Shown here piece after piece: positions 14,155 through 23,885 of a stretch of 64,000 nt of DNA (position 1 is the first letter of the stretch; the number at the start of each line of letters is the position of its first letter). A model generated the notes under the pieces. The model searched no databases and had not been told where the DNA came from. It worked only from the letters and a program-made list of their open reading frames with translations. A program made the translations under genes and the position numbers. The DNA is taken from positions 310,001-374,000 of the IMG/VR virus record IMGVR_UViG_3300032334_002567. One strand, given 5' to 3'.

Positions 14155-14841
14155 TTTTATATGGTTATTCTCTAAGAACATCTTCATTCTATCTAGTTTA
14201 TTCCTCATATGACCTTCGTAATAGTTAAAATGGAATATCTTATCTTCAGAATAGCTGGTTTTTTCGTTAGAATATAATCTAAATCTATCAGTCATGTCCT
14301 TCCAGATAATCTCTGGGTGGGAATAAAAGAACATATTGAACATAGATTGCTCTAACTTAGGCGGATCTAAGTTCTTTTTTAGCTTTTCTTGCATATATTG
14401 GGATAACTTTAGAGCTAAATCTTTACTTAAACTAAAGAATCCAGCATTAATTCCCATATACTTTCTTTTAATTTCTATATCCCACCCCGTAGAACACCAC
14501 TCGTTCAATTTTAAGCGGGTGTAGCTTTCATAGCAGTAAAGATTGCTTTCTTTATTAAAATCCTTTTTAAACCACAACACATCGCTATCTATGTATATGA
14601 ATCGGTCATAGTCTAAATTGAATATAGTTGGGCTGTATTTAAGGTCTCCAATATAATCCCAATCAGGTCTTATTTTTTCTGCTGGGGTTATTTCAGTTTC
14701 GTATTTTTCTTTTTGATCAATAGGAGCTACTATTTTGAAATTTATATCTCCTAAATTAGCTTTTAGTGATTTATGTAGTAGTTTTGAGCATTCGAGTGCT
14801 TCGTGGTCTGGGGTGGATAATGTGTAAAATAAAATTTGCAT
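14149..14841 (-). CDS. GT-A fold glycosyltransferase (GT8-like)
   Basis: IYIDSD (DxD), INAGFF, EQSMFN and IFHF motifs. Confidence 0.7.
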   Translation of the reverse strand: MQILFYTLSTPDHEALECSKLLHKSLKANLGDINFKIVAPIDQKEKYETEITPAEKIRPDWDYIGDLKYSPTIFNLDYDRFIYIDSDVLWFKKDFNKESNLYCYESYTRLKLNEWCSTGWDIEIKRKYMGINAGFFSLSKDLALKLSQYMQEKLKKNLDPPKLEQSMFNMFFYSHPEIIWKDMTDRFRLYSNEKTSYSEDKIFHFNYYEGHMRNKLDRMKMFLENNHIKL

Positions 14842-14913
14842 AAAAGTATGTACTTGTTTTGCAATCTATTATTTTTATGATATACTGTTGTTCCTCTTTT
14901 ATAAGGAACAAAT

Positions 14914-15102
14914 ATGACTCCCAGAAGAAGTAGAAAACAGGCGTTTCGGGATTATTGCGAAAAGGTGCGTATGTATTTGTCTGAGGAATGCATGGTAAAT
15001 AACGTCGATGCTAAAGTGGATGATGAAGATATAGGGTTTTATTTTCGTGATAAGCACGATGTTCAGACTGCTGCTATGCTTATAAAGGAAGTTTTAGATT
15101 AA
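14914..15102 (+). CDS. Hypothetical protein
   Basis: AAGGA RBS; TTGCAA-N16-TATACT upstream. Confidence 0.65.
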   Translation: MTPRRSRKQAFRDYCEKVRMYLSEECMVNNVDAKVDDEDIGFYFRDKHDVQTAAMLIKEVLD

Positions 15103-15974
15103 TGTTGAAATTGGTGAGGCCAGCATATTCTGAGATATGTCTTTTAGTAAAGTCATATAATGAAATAGATTTTGAGGATTGGCTGCGTCACTATACTTCT
15201 TTAAAAGCTGATAAAATAACCATATTTGATAATGAGTCCAGTATAAATGTTCGTAAAATAGTAAAAAAGGTAGATAATAACAGGGTAGCGGTTAGGGAGA
15301 TAAAGGGATTTCCTAATCAGTCTCGTTTATATACAAATTATTGTAAGGAGAGCGATTCTAGGTGGGTTTTCTTTGTAGATGATGATGAGTTCTTGTATTT
15401 GAATAATAAAGCGAATGATATAAACAGCTTGTTGTGTAATTATGAGAAGTATTCTGGGCTTTGTTTTAATTGGTTGTTTATGAGTTATGATAAGCCTATT
15501 GTAGATCGTCCAGTTCCGTCTTGTATAGATTATTGTTTATATTCCAGTGATAGGAAGAATAGTTTAAATAGTCATGTAAAGACCTTTGTGAATCCTAAGA
15601 TGGTGCGTGGTTATGGGGATCCTCATTTGCCAGCTTTTAGGAGTGGCTTTGCAGTAAACTTTGATTATAAGCGGTGTAAACGTCCAGTTTTTGAGAGGTT
15701 TACTGATTCTGTTATATTATTTCATTATTATTTGAAGTCAAAATTAGATTGGGAGGAGAAGCGTAAACGGGGTAGGGCCACAACTTTATCTGTTCGCATC
15801 TCAGCGTACGAGAAAATAGTTAACTTTCGTTTATGTAAGAATTTTGATACTAGGATGATGGAGTATAAGAAGAGATGGGGCCAGTTCACTCCCGATAGTT
15901 TGAATTGGCGAGATTTGTCAATTACGGGTCGTCAGAATATTGATTCGCCTAATCCAATTAGAAAAATGATTTGA
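15102..15974 (+). CDS. Glycosyltransferase family 2/92-like protein
   Basis: WLRHY...IFDNES, WVFFVDDDEFL, KTFVNP and HY.LKS motifs. Confidence 0.8.
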   Translation: MLKLVRPAYSEICLLVKSYNEIDFEDWLRHYTSLKADKITIFDNESSINVRKIVKKVDNNRVAVREIKGFPNQSRLYTNYCKESDSRWVFFVDDDEFLYLNNKANDINSLLCNYEKYSGLCFNWLFMSYDKPIVDRPVPSCIDYCLYSSDRKNSLNSHVKTFVNPKMVRGYGDPHLPAFRSGFAVNFDYKRCKRPVFERFTDSVILFHYYLKSKLDWEEKRKRGRATTLSVRISAYEKIVNFRLCKNFDTRMMEYKKRWGQFTPDSLNWRDLSITGRQNIDSPNPIRKMI

Positions 15975-16022
15975 ATTTAATAAAAGGGCCGATTGTGGAA
16001 TTTAATAAAAGACCCGATAGTG
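15973..16022 (+). repeat. Two tandem 25-bp repeats GAATTTAATAAAAG..CCGAT.GTG
   Basis: Copies at 15973 and 15998. Confidence 0.75.
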
Positions 16023-16108
16023 ATATTTTATAGTTAGTTACTTGTTTAGGAAATTATAATACAAGTGGCGGCACAATATCTAATTGTGCCTATTTTGGAA
16101 TATTGTTT

Positions 16109-17101
16109 ATGAAAAAAATATCGATTCTTTTTTATGGAATTAGTAAACCGATTATAGAGCATGATTATATTGTAAAAGATATATTTATGGACTATAGTGT
16201 TACATGTGACTATATTTTGGCCAACAAAGAAGAAGTAAATAGAAAGTATGATATTTTTGTTTATAATTGTAGGAATCCAAATTGTAAAACTCATTTTGGT
16301 TTTGCTCCATCGTATGAGCAAGTTAAGAATGCGATTCTTAGGTTTGAGCCAAAAGTTGTCATCCAACTATCAGACGAGTGTTGGAGGGAACGCAACGACG
16401 TTCATAACTTGCTAGGTAACTTTTGTGGTCTTTTTTTAAGACAGTATAGGCATCATTGTCATTTAGCTTTATATACAAAAAACACAGTGCAAATTCCACT
16501 AGGATATTTAAACGGGTTTTATGATAGGTCTGTTGAAGTAAAAAAAATTAAAGATAGAAAGTACACATGGTCTTGGGTGGGATATTTGAAATCTGATCGG
16601 CGGGAGATGATTAATATTTTTTGGAAGATGTGGAACAACATTACTATTTGCAATTCAAATGTCCCTGCAAATGAGGTTTTTGATATTTTTTCTAATTCTA
16701 TTTTTGTTCCATGTGGTAGAGGCAATTTTACTTTAGACTGCTTTAGAAATTACGAAGCAACAATTGCTGGGGCCATTCCTGTGGTTGTTGGGTCTCAAGA
16801 AGAAATTAATTGTGCATATAAATATGAAGAAGCTCCGCCATGGATATATGCAAATAATTGGGCTGAGGCGGTTGTTAAATGTCAAAAAATTCAATTTGAC
16901 TTTAACAGGCTACAAGAAATGCAAGAAGCAAACATTGCATGGTGGAATCGCACAATAGACTCGATACGTAATAAAATATCAGATGCTCTTAGGGATGAAA
17001 AAAGTGATTATTCTTCTTTGTTAGTAAAAAATCTTCAAGAAAAAATATTAGAACAAGAATCTATTATTCAAAAGCCAATTTCTATAGTACGATATAGTTA
17101 G
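16109..17101 (+). CDS. Exostosin (GT47)-like glycosyltransferase
   Basis: SIFVPCGRGN..DCFR.YEA..AGAIPVV motif. Confidence 0.75.
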   Translation: MKKISILFYGISKPIIEHDYIVKDIFMDYSVTCDYILANKEEVNRKYDIFVYNCRNPNCKTHFGFAPSYEQVKNAILRFEPKVVIQLSDECWRERNDVHNLLGNFCGLFLRQYRHHCHLALYTKNTVQIPLGYLNGFYDRSVEVKKIKDRKYTWSWVGYLKSDRREMINIFWKMWNNITICNSNVPANEVFDIFSNSIFVPCGRGNFTLDCFRNYEATIAGAIPVVVGSQEEINCAYKYEEAPPWIYANNWAEAVVKCQKIQFDFNRLQEMQEANIAWWNRTIDSIRNKISDALRDEKSDYSSLLVKNLQEKILEQESIIQKPISIVRYS

Positions 17102-17136
17102 TTAAAAAAGCGTATTATTTTGCTAAATATGTTTAT

Positions 17137-17916
17137 ATGAGATTCTCTAATTTTCTAATTTTATCAGAATACGCCCAAGGCATGTCAGACTTGGCGACAA
17201 GATACTTACAGGGCCAAATAAAGCCTGAAGATTTTGAGGCACTTACCAGAAGCAATTATGTCCAAAGAAATATGGATCTTTGGCGAAGCAATACTCAAGG
17301 CGGTTTTAGCCCAAGATTCCAACAATGGAAAGAGTGGTACAATAACATCAAACAACAATTAATTTCTAGTATGGAAAAAATTGGTTGGATTAATGATGAA
17401 AACCCCGGCTGGTTTCAGTTTAGTTTGCCAAAACAAAATCGGGATAAAATTGACGGCAAAACTTTTAAACTCTATTATTCTGTTGATGTGAAAGATTGTG
17501 CTAATTTTGTTCAAAATCTTCCAAGTTTAGCCAATAACTTAAGTCAAGTTAATACTCAAAACCAACTTTCCTTTAAGATCCCAAGCACTTATTCAACGTT
17601 CATGACCGAAAGAGATTCTCTTGTTGTTCATTTTTATGATAAACAAGCAAATCAAGAAATTAATCAAGCTGTTATTTCTTTCTTTCAAAATGCTGGGGTT
17701 ACTCCACAAGATAGAAGAAAAATTTACCAGACAACTGATCACGGTGTTGATCTTGACGGCAAGTCTGATACTCAATTAGTAGTTCAAAAATTTATGCAAT
17801 TTATAGACCACAACAAACAGTATTTGTTAGACTTACAAAAAAGAGATCCTTCTAAATTTACAAAAGATTTAGACCAATTGTGGCAGCATATATCGCAAAA
17901 AGGATATCATAGGTAA
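17137..17916 (+). CDS. Hypothetical protein, possibly HopA1-like fold
   Basis: FKLYYS...SFKIP...RDSLVVHFY pattern; weak recall only. Confidence 0.5.
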   Translation: MRFSNFLILSEYAQGMSDLATRYLQGQIKPEDFEALTRSNYVQRNMDLWRSNTQGGFSPRFQQWKEWYNNIKQQLISSMEKIGWINDENPGWFQFSLPKQNRDKIDGKTFKLYYSVDVKDCANFVQNLPSLANNLSQVNTQNQLSFKIPSTYSTFMTERDSLVVHFYDKQANQEINQAVISFFQNAGVTPQDRRKIYQTTDHGVDLDGKSDTQLVVQKFMQFIDHNKQYLLDLQKRDPSKFTKDLDQLWQHISQKGYHR

Positions 17917-17943
17917 ACTTAATTTACATGAATAACTACCTTT

Positions 17944-18336
17944 CTATTTGGTATTCCCTATTGTTATATGGTATTCGCTTCTTTGAATTCCTCCATAAAA
18001 TCTATCGTCACGATATTGGGGCAGACCTAGTTCCTGCCTTATATAGCCTATTTCACTGCTATAAGCATTTATCCAGAAATACATACCATCTGTTTGTATG
18101 ATGGGTTCATATTGGTATGTTATGATTCTGCCTTCGTGCTTCCTCCAAAACTCCATTTTTGTTGGAGTTTCTTTGTTCTTTCTTACAATTGTTATATGTG
18201 CAAGAGCTTTTTGGGGCTTTGCATAATAGTATCTTGGGATAAGACTTCTATAGTAGTCGCTTATACTTTGGTCTATGTTTGCAACTACTTGTATATTTTC
18301 ATCATATGCAACGATTGCCTTAGCTGTATACAACAT
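17944..18336 (-). CDS. 2H phosphoesterase-superfamily protein
   Basis: Two HxT motifs (AHITIV, YHITIG) about 76 aa apart. Confidence 0.75.
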   Translation of the reverse strand: MLYTAKAIVAYDENIQVVANIDQSISDYYRSLIPRYYYAKPQKALAHITIVRKNKETPTKMEFWRKHEGRIITYQYEPIIQTDGMYFWINAYSSEIGYIRQELGLPQYRDDRFYGGIQRSEYHITIGNTK

Positions 18337-18394
18337 TTCTATCTTTCAAATACGTATATACAATAGCACAATAGTGCTAACAAGGAGGTTTATT

Positions 18395-18934
18395 GTGGGA
18401 GCTACAACAACAGAAGGAACTGGTCCGGGTTCTGTGGACAAAATTCTACCAACTATAAAGAATGGTAAAATCTATTTGTCTAATATTATAAACATAAAAA
18501 GTCTTCTTGAAGGAGTTCTCGTTCTTGAGGAATTTGAACCAAGTTTTTCACAATTGTCGGCACCTGTGGAAAATTATGTGGAAAAAGTTCAAAAAGAACA
18601 AGTGGAAAAGAAAATTCAAATTTCGCAAAGCTTTAAGCACAACATTAATGTCCACCATTCAGTTACTATAAAACCAGAAGCTGTTTTACCTTTGTCTTTA
18701 GATAAGAAGGAATCTTATAAGGTAGTTATATCCAAACAAACTAGATCAAAGAACAAAAATATGTTGAGCCATTCTAATAAAAAGCAAACCAAACAAAGAA
18801 GAAAAGTAATTTTAGAGCCTAGAAATAAAATTCAGAAAAAACAAAGAAAAAAAATAATTAGTTCTGAGGTTTTGTTAATTGGAAATAATCAGAAGGTAAT
18901 TATTTCAAAAAACAGTAGTATTTTTGATAAATAA
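18395..18934 (+). CDS. Hypothetical protein (GTG start; N-terminus shared with the next gene)
   Basis: AAGGAGG RBS; MGATTTEGTGPGSVD. Confidence 0.7.
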   Translation: MGATTTEGTGPGSVDKILPTIKNGKIYLSNIINIKSLLEGVLVLEEFEPSFSQLSAPVENYVEKVQKEQVEKKIQISQSFKHNINVHHSVTIKPEAVLPLSLDKKESYKVVISKQTRSKNKNMLSHSNKKQTKQRRKVILEPRNKIQKKQRKKIISSEVLLIGNNQKVIISKNSSIFDK

Positions 18935-18972
18935 TTATGTAGGAGTTAGTCTTTAACCAAGGAGGTGTACAC

Positions 18973-19521
18973 ATGGCTGCAACTACAACAATGGGAACCG
19001 GTGTTGGTTCTGTGGATAATGTCTATAATAAATTAAAAAATGGTGTTGTTAATTCATCAAATGTTGTTAACAATTCTTTAAAGTCTGTTGACGTTTTACG
19101 TAAGCCACTTTTGGTAACAGCTGATACTTTAACTGTCACGGAAGATTATGCAGGTAGAGTTGTTTGTTTAGATAGGGCTGCTGGCGTTACTGTTACTTTA
19201 CCAGCCGCAACTGGAACTGGAAATGTTTACAAGTTTGTTGTTTCAACAACAGTAACAAGCAACAATGACGTAATCAAAGTTGCCAATGCTGTTGATTCAA
19301 TGGCAGGTCGTGCATTAGCTTGTGCTGATAGCGGCAACACTGTCAATGGTTGGGAAGTTGTATCCGGTGATGATACTATCACACTAAACGGTGGAACTAA
19401 AGGTGGATATGTTGGCGACACAATTGAAATTATTGATATCAAAGCCAATCTCTTTTTAGTTAATGCTTACCTAAATCAGACAGCCTCAGAAGCCACTCCA
19501 TTCAGTGCAACTGTTTCTTGA
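18973..19521 (+). CDS. Putative virion structural (decoration-like) protein
   Basis: AAGGAGG RBS; Thr/Val/Gly-rich beta pattern (VTVTLPAATG.G..YKFVV); strong terminator downstream. Confidence 0.6.
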   Translation: MAATTTMGTGVGSVDNVYNKLKNGVVNSSNVVNNSLKSVDVLRKPLLVTADTLTVTEDYAGRVVCLDRAAGVTVTLPAATGTGNVYKFVVSTTVTSNNDVIKVANAVDSMAGRALACADSGNTVNGWEVVSGDDTITLNGGTKGGYVGDTIEIIDIKANLFLVNAYLNQTASEATPFSATVS

Positions 19522-19546
19522 TTTTAAATAATATTTATTAAATGGT

Positions 19547-19584
19547 AGTGAGGGTAGGGTGAAAGCCTTACCCTCACTTTTTTT
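19547..19584 (+). terminator. Rho-independent terminator
   Basis: AGTGAGGGTAGG/CCTTACCCTCACT stem followed by a T-tract. Confidence 0.85.
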
Positions 19585-19610
19585 GTATTGATACCTCATA
19601 AATAAAGATT

Positions 19611-19970
19611 ATGAGCAATAATTCTTTTAAATCGTGGTTGAAACTATCGGAAGATGGTGGAGGTGCCGGTGGTGGTGGAGGTGCCGGTGGTGGTGGAGGT
19701 GCCGGTGGTGGTGCCGGTGGTGGTGGAACTAGTGGTGGTGGAACTAGTGGTGGTGGAACTAGTGGTGGTGGAACTAGTGGTGGTGGAACTAGTGGTAGTG
19801 GAACTAGTGGTGGTGGAACTAGTGGTGGTGGAACTAGTGGTGGGCAAAATCCTCCCATGGGCAGTGGAACTGGCAAAGATAATATCGCCAAAGTTCCTAC
19901 ACGTTGGGGATGTTGTGGAATTTGGCCATATTGGAAAAAGAAAAGAAGAAAAAAGAAAAAAAGTGGATAA
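19611..19970 (+). CDS. Gly-rich repeat protein with a basic C-terminus
   Basis: (GGGGA)n then (GGGTS)n from 15-nt tandem repeats at about 19660-19842; ends KKKRRKKKKSG. Confidence 0.65.
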   Translation: MSNNSFKSWLKLSEDGGGAGGGGGAGGGGGAGGGAGGGGTSGGGTSGGGTSGGGTSGGGTSGSGTSGGGTSGGGTSGGQNPPMGSGTGKDNIAKVPTRWGCCGIWPYWKKKRRKKKKSG

Positions 19971-20439
19971 TAAAGAGCTACTGCCTTCCATTCCTGATGA
20001 TCAAAAAAAGAAGGTATTCTCGTTAATAGAGGAATTTAAGAATTTTGCTTTTAAGGGCAACGTTGTTGATCTAGCTGTGGGTATGGTTATTGGGAGTTCT
20101 TTTAGTAATATAGTAAACAGTTTAGTCAACAACCTAATTACTCCGATAATAGGTATAGTTTTACCGGGTGATGTTGGACTTAAAGATTGGCAAATAGTTG
20201 TTGGCGAAAAACGAATACCTTTTGGTGCATTCTTTAATGATGTATTTGGATTCTTACTCACTGCGACTATTTTGTTCTTATTCTTGAAGAAGTTTTTAGT
20301 TTGGTTGTTGAAGTCTAGAAGAGAGGTGGACTTGAACAAACCTCCTCTAACTAAAGACCAAGAACTATTGCGTCAAAACAACGAAGTACTTAACCAAATA
20401 AAAGACATTTTATTGAGAAGTCAAAGTACCGGACTATAG
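19963..20439 (+). CDS. mscL: Large-conductance mechanosensitive channel MscL
   Basis: EEFKNFAFKGNVVDLAVG..IG..F..IVNSLV, G.FFN.V..FL and ELL...L..I.D.L motifs; GTG start is approximate. Confidence 0.9.
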   Translation: MDNKELLPSIPDDQKKKVFSLIEEFKNFAFKGNVVDLAVGMVIGSSFSNIVNSLVNNLITPIIGIVLPGDVGLKDWQIVVGEKRIPFGAFFNDVFGFLLTATILFLFLKKFLVWLLKSRREVDLNKPPLTKDQELLRQNNEVLNQIKDILLRSQSTGL

Positions 20440-21332
20440 ACTGCGGCGTGTTTGACAGCATAGTTAATTACATCTTTTTTAATTTGTCTGATTCTTTCTT
20501 TGGATACATCAAAGATTTTGCCAACATCTTGTAGAGTCATGCCCTCTTCTTGGTCTATTCCAAAGTAATACTTCAAAATAGTAATTTTGGCATCGGCATT
20601 TTTCATATTGCTCCTAATAATTTCAAATACTCTTTCAACAACTTCCCTGTTATGTTTATTTTTTAATTCCACAACAGCAAAATCTTCTTTTTGTTGTTGT
20701 AAGGTTTCTGGTTCTTCTATTCCTGTGAATCGTTCTTCTAGCTTCCTATAGTTTGAGTAATCTCTATGGAGGTTTCTCTTAAGAACATTTACATAATAGG
20801 TGGAAAATTTAAAGTTGAGTCTATAATCGAAGTATTCGATAGACTTTAACATATGCATGTATGCGTTTGAAAAGAATTCGTCTCTTTGTGGTCCATCTTG
20901 TTCAGCAAATTTACTTACTTGCTTGACGATTAATCTCATATTGGATTTAAGTAGAATGTTTCTTACTTCTTGTAGTTTGTTAATGGTATCCTCTATTTCT
21001 AAGAGGCTTTTCTCTCTAAGTCTTTCCAACTTCACGGGGGGAGATTGCTTAGGAGATTTGTTGTCTTTTGGTTTCTCAAATCCTGTGGTTAGTTTTTTAA
21101 GTCTATATTTCAAGTAATTGTATTTGCGAAAAAGGTGGTATTCTTGTTCTTTCTTCAACAGGGGAGAACAGTTTAGAATGTTGTTATGATCGACTTTGTC
21201 ATAGCAAAGATTAACATCTGCCAATAATGGCTTTCTGTTGTTGCCCTCAAAAGATTTCTCGAAGAAAAATCTATCAGGAATGCATGAAATAATCTTTTCA
21301 AGTCTTTCATTCTTGGTCATGCTTATCTCCAT
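20421..21332 (-). CDS. Sigma-70 family RNA polymerase sigma factor
   Basis: Region 2 SNMRLIVK...FDYRLNFKFSTY; region 4 HTH MTLQDVGKIFDVSKERIRQI. Confidence 0.9.
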   Translation of the reverse strand: MEISMTKNERLEKIISCIPDRFFFEKSFEGNNRKPLLADVNLCYDKVDHNNILNCSPLLKKEQEYHLFRKYNYLKYRLKKLTTGFEKPKDNKSPKQSPPVKLERLREKSLLEIEDTINKLQEVRNILLKSNMRLIVKQVSKFAEQDGPQRDEFFSNAYMHMLKSIEYFDYRLNFKFSTYYVNVLKRNLHRDYSNYRKLEERFTGIEEPETLQQQKEDFAVVELKNKHNREVVERVFEIIRSNMKNADAKITILKYYFGIDQEEGMTLQDVGKIFDVSKERIRQIKKDVINYAVKHAAVYSPVL

Positions 21333-21358
21333 CCTTGGTTTAAAGAAAGGGGATTTTG

Positions 21359-21386
21359 ATTATAGCATGGAATTTTTGCTTGACAA
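21359..21386 (-). promoter_or_regulatory. Sigma70-like extended -10 promoter for the sigma gene
   Basis: TTGTCA-N16-TATAAT with TG upstream of the -10 element. Confidence 0.55.
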
Positions 21387-21408
21387 GTTTGAGTTTCTTT
21401 AAATTAGA

Positions 21409-22182
21409 CTAAATTATAATTTTGCTTTTGCCATTTAGATACTTGCCATATAATTTTTGTGCTTCAAGGAATACTAATTTTTCTTGATGTGGCAGCCATT
21501 CAACCATTTTGTTTTCCATGATAATATCGTCTAACCTATAATGAAAATTTTCACACAACTCAAAAATGTAATCTTTTTTTCCCATGTAAAAGTTATCTAT
21601 GCCAAGGCAGTTAGTATTTGAGGTGAAAAGTATGTTCTGATTTTTGTAGCTTTTAGTAAAGTTTAGTAGATTATTGGCTTGAAATTGTTCTTCTTTTACG
21701 TCATTGTTTTGATAAACATTAAATATATCAAATCTTGTATTGACAACAGCTTTGTATCTTATTTTTGATTTTTGAGCTTTGTTGACTGCATGAAATATTC
21801 CGTACCACATTTTCTTCCAAGCAATCACTGGGCACCTACTTGCATAGTAGCGTTTAACAGGAGCAGGAAGAAAATTTGTGAGTTTTTCTCCTAAGTTTCC
21901 ATGGATTTCTCCATTTATTTGTATTTCACTATCATCTTCTATTGTTAGATCTTTTATATTTTTTAAATTTCTATCAAAGTAAGACATGATTAGTTCTTCT
22001 TTGATTTCATAAGTTGGAGATTGCAAGATTCTCCAACTTGATTCTGCTTCGTTTTTATTCCAAGTATGGATGAATATATCTAAATCAAAATTTTGTGATA
22101 GTTCGAATATAAAATCACTAAATTCTGTGTTTTTGGTCACTTCTCTTTCGTGTCCACGTATTAGAATAGCGATTTTTTCCAT
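21409..22182 (-). CDS. Putative glycan-synthesis/transferase protein
   Basis: IAILIRGH.R, DIFIHTW, MWY and TRFD motifs, seen in glycosylation-cluster proteins. Confidence 0.5.
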   Translation of the reverse strand: MEKIAILIRGHEREVTKNTEFSDFIFELSQNFDLDIFIHTWNKNEAESSWRILQSPTYEIKEELIMSYFDRNLKNIKDLTIEDDSEIQINGEIHGNLGEKLTNFLPAPVKRYYASRCPVIAWKKMWYGIFHAVNKAQKSKIRYKAVVNTRFDIFNVYQNNDVKEEQFQANNLLNFTKSYKNQNILFTSNTNCLGIDNFYMGKKDYIFELCENFHYRLDDIIMENKMVEWLPHQEKLVFLEAQKLYGKYLNGKSKIII

Positions 22183-22185
22183 AGT

Positions 22186-22980
22186 TTAGATTACCATAGT
22201 AAGGCATTTACAAGCTCCACCGGCCTTTATAAATTCACTCATATTTGTTTCGTGAACTTTGTAGCCTCTGCTCTCTAGCAATTCCTTGGTACTACTGCAT
22301 CCTGCCGGTATAACAATATTGTTTTCAATAAGAACTGCATTACAGGCAAACTTTAATGCATCTTCTTGTGCGACTTCTAGCAATTCAAACTTACTTCTTA
22401 AGAAAGAAATTTTGTCATCATCAAAAGCCTTTGGATATATCAAAATTTGCTTGTTATTTAAAGGACAGAAGCATGTATCTAAATGATAAAAATAAGGATC
22501 TACAAGATTGAGCCTTATACACTTAACGTGGTAGTCTAACAAAGATTGCCAAATTTCATGGTCATATGCTTCTTCGTCACTTCTGAAGCCGTAACCCATA
22601 AAGATGTACCGATCTTTTATCAGACAATCTCCAGCTCCTTCAAACCTTAAATTTTCAGGAAGCTCAAAAGTTTTACAATTATTGCTCAAGAACCAATTTT
22701 TGTAAAGTTGCTTTTCTGGGATTCTTTCTTTATATTTAAAATTTGAAAGTAAAATGTTGTTTTCAATTAATATTCCTGCATTGGCTGTAAAGACTATGTC
22801 TGGAAGCTTGTCGGCAGGGGGCATTCTAAGGACATTAACGTTCAAAGATTCTAGGATTGAAATTAAGTTTTGCCATTGTTGATTGGCTAGTTCTTGGTTT
22901 ACCTTTTTTTCTAGGCTCATCCAAGGGTTAATTTCATAGTCAATTTGATAAAAAGATGGATCACAAGTAAGTATATTCAT
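22186..22980 (-). CDS. Amidinotransferase / dimethylargininase (DDAH) family protein
   Basis: YEINPWM, PD.VFTANAG, FEG.GD, YHLDT and EF.KAGG..KCLT motifs. Confidence 0.9.
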   Translation of the reverse strand: MNILTCDPSFYQIDYEINPWMSLEKKVNQELANQQWQNLISILESLNVNVLRMPPADKLPDIVFTANAGILIENNILLSNFKYKERIPEKQLYKNWFLSNNCKTFELPENLRFEGAGDCLIKDRYIFMGYGFRSDEEAYDHEIWQSLLDYHVKCIRLNLVDPYFYHLDTCFCPLNNKQILIYPKAFDDDKISFLRSKFELLEVAQEDALKFACNAVLIENNIVIPAGCSSTKELLESRGYKVHETNMSEFIKAGGACKCLTMVI

Positions 22981-22994
22981 TGATAATATTATAG

Positions 22995-23264
22995 TTATGA
23001 ATTAGGTAATTTTATTACTTTCACAACAAGATCTCCACTACCTTTTATAATACGATGCCACTCATTCGCTTTTATCTTGATTTCTTGGTTTATAGGGATG
23101 GGCAGTTCATTTTCTCTCTGAAAAAGCCAATCATTTGTACCTATGGGAAATACAATTCTATCTTCTAGGTCTTTATGCCACTTTAGTTCACTAGAATCTA
23201 AATCCTTGGAAAAAGTTCTAATAAAAATATTTTCTAATTTTTTTTCTGAAAATGGAAGTTCCAT
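22995..23264 (-). CDS. Small cupin-like phage protein
   Basis: ELKWH.D.EDR and IK...WHR.IKG motifs. Confidence 0.6.
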   Translation of the reverse strand: MELPFSEKKLENIFIRTFSKDLDSSELKWHKDLEDRIVFPIGTNDWLFQRENELPIPINQEIKIKANEWHRIIKGSGDLVVKVIKLPNS

Positions 23265-23277
23265 AATACATATCCTT

Positions 23278-23883
23278 ATGAGTTTTAAAGAGTATATATC
23301 CAGCAAAAAAGTACAACCTATGGAATTATTAGAATCCATAGAAATTAGTGATAATTTGAAGTATCACTTAGAGAATAATATTTCCTTATGTGAAAATGTA
23401 TTCAGAGTTTATAGTGAAGCATATTTTAGTTTGATAAGAGAGGTCAGAGAACTTTATAATAAGGATATGATAGCTATTAACGATGAAGATGCAGAGTTGC
23501 TAGAAACTGACTTGGGTGAATTTATAGAATTAAATGGAGAGGTCATTTATTTTGATGCACCAATGTTAGAAGAGAGTGAAATAAATGAAGCTGAGGTGGC
23601 GGGTAAAAAAGTAAAACTTAATAAACCAACTAGAACTCCTGGTGGGCCAAAGAAATTCAAAGTACACGTAAAAACTTCTAGTGGTAGGATTAAAACTGTG
23701 CGGTTTGGAGACTCAAAAGCTTCAGGACTAACAATTAAAAACTCAAATCCCGCAAGAGCAAGAAGCTTTAGAGCAAGACATAAATGTAGTGAAAAGAAAG
23801 ATAGAACGACACCGGGCTATTGGTCTTGCAATGTGGGCAGGTATGCCAAGGCTCTTGGATTATCTTCGTCTAGACCTTGGTAA
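23278..23883 (+). CDS. Conserved phage protein, likely virion-associated
   Basis: KLNKP.R.PGGPKKF.V...VRFGD...R.SFRARHKC...YWSC domain; MSFKEY start. Confidence 0.7.
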   Translation: MSFKEYISSKKVQPMELLESIEISDNLKYHLENNISLCENVFRVYSEAYFSLIREVRELYNKDMIAINDEDAELLETDLGEFIELNGEVIYFDAPMLEESEINEAEVAGKKVKLNKPTRTPGGPKKFKVHVKTSSGRIKTVRFGDSKASGLTIKNSNPARARSFRARHKCSEKKDRTTPGYWSCNVGRYAKALGLSSSRPW

Positions 23884-23885
23884 TT

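Noticed and set aside
19654-19962. Val/Glu/Leu repeat N-terminal extension fused to MscL
   Set aside because: It is an alternative frame of the Gly-rich minisatellite gene; MscL homology starts at about 20000.
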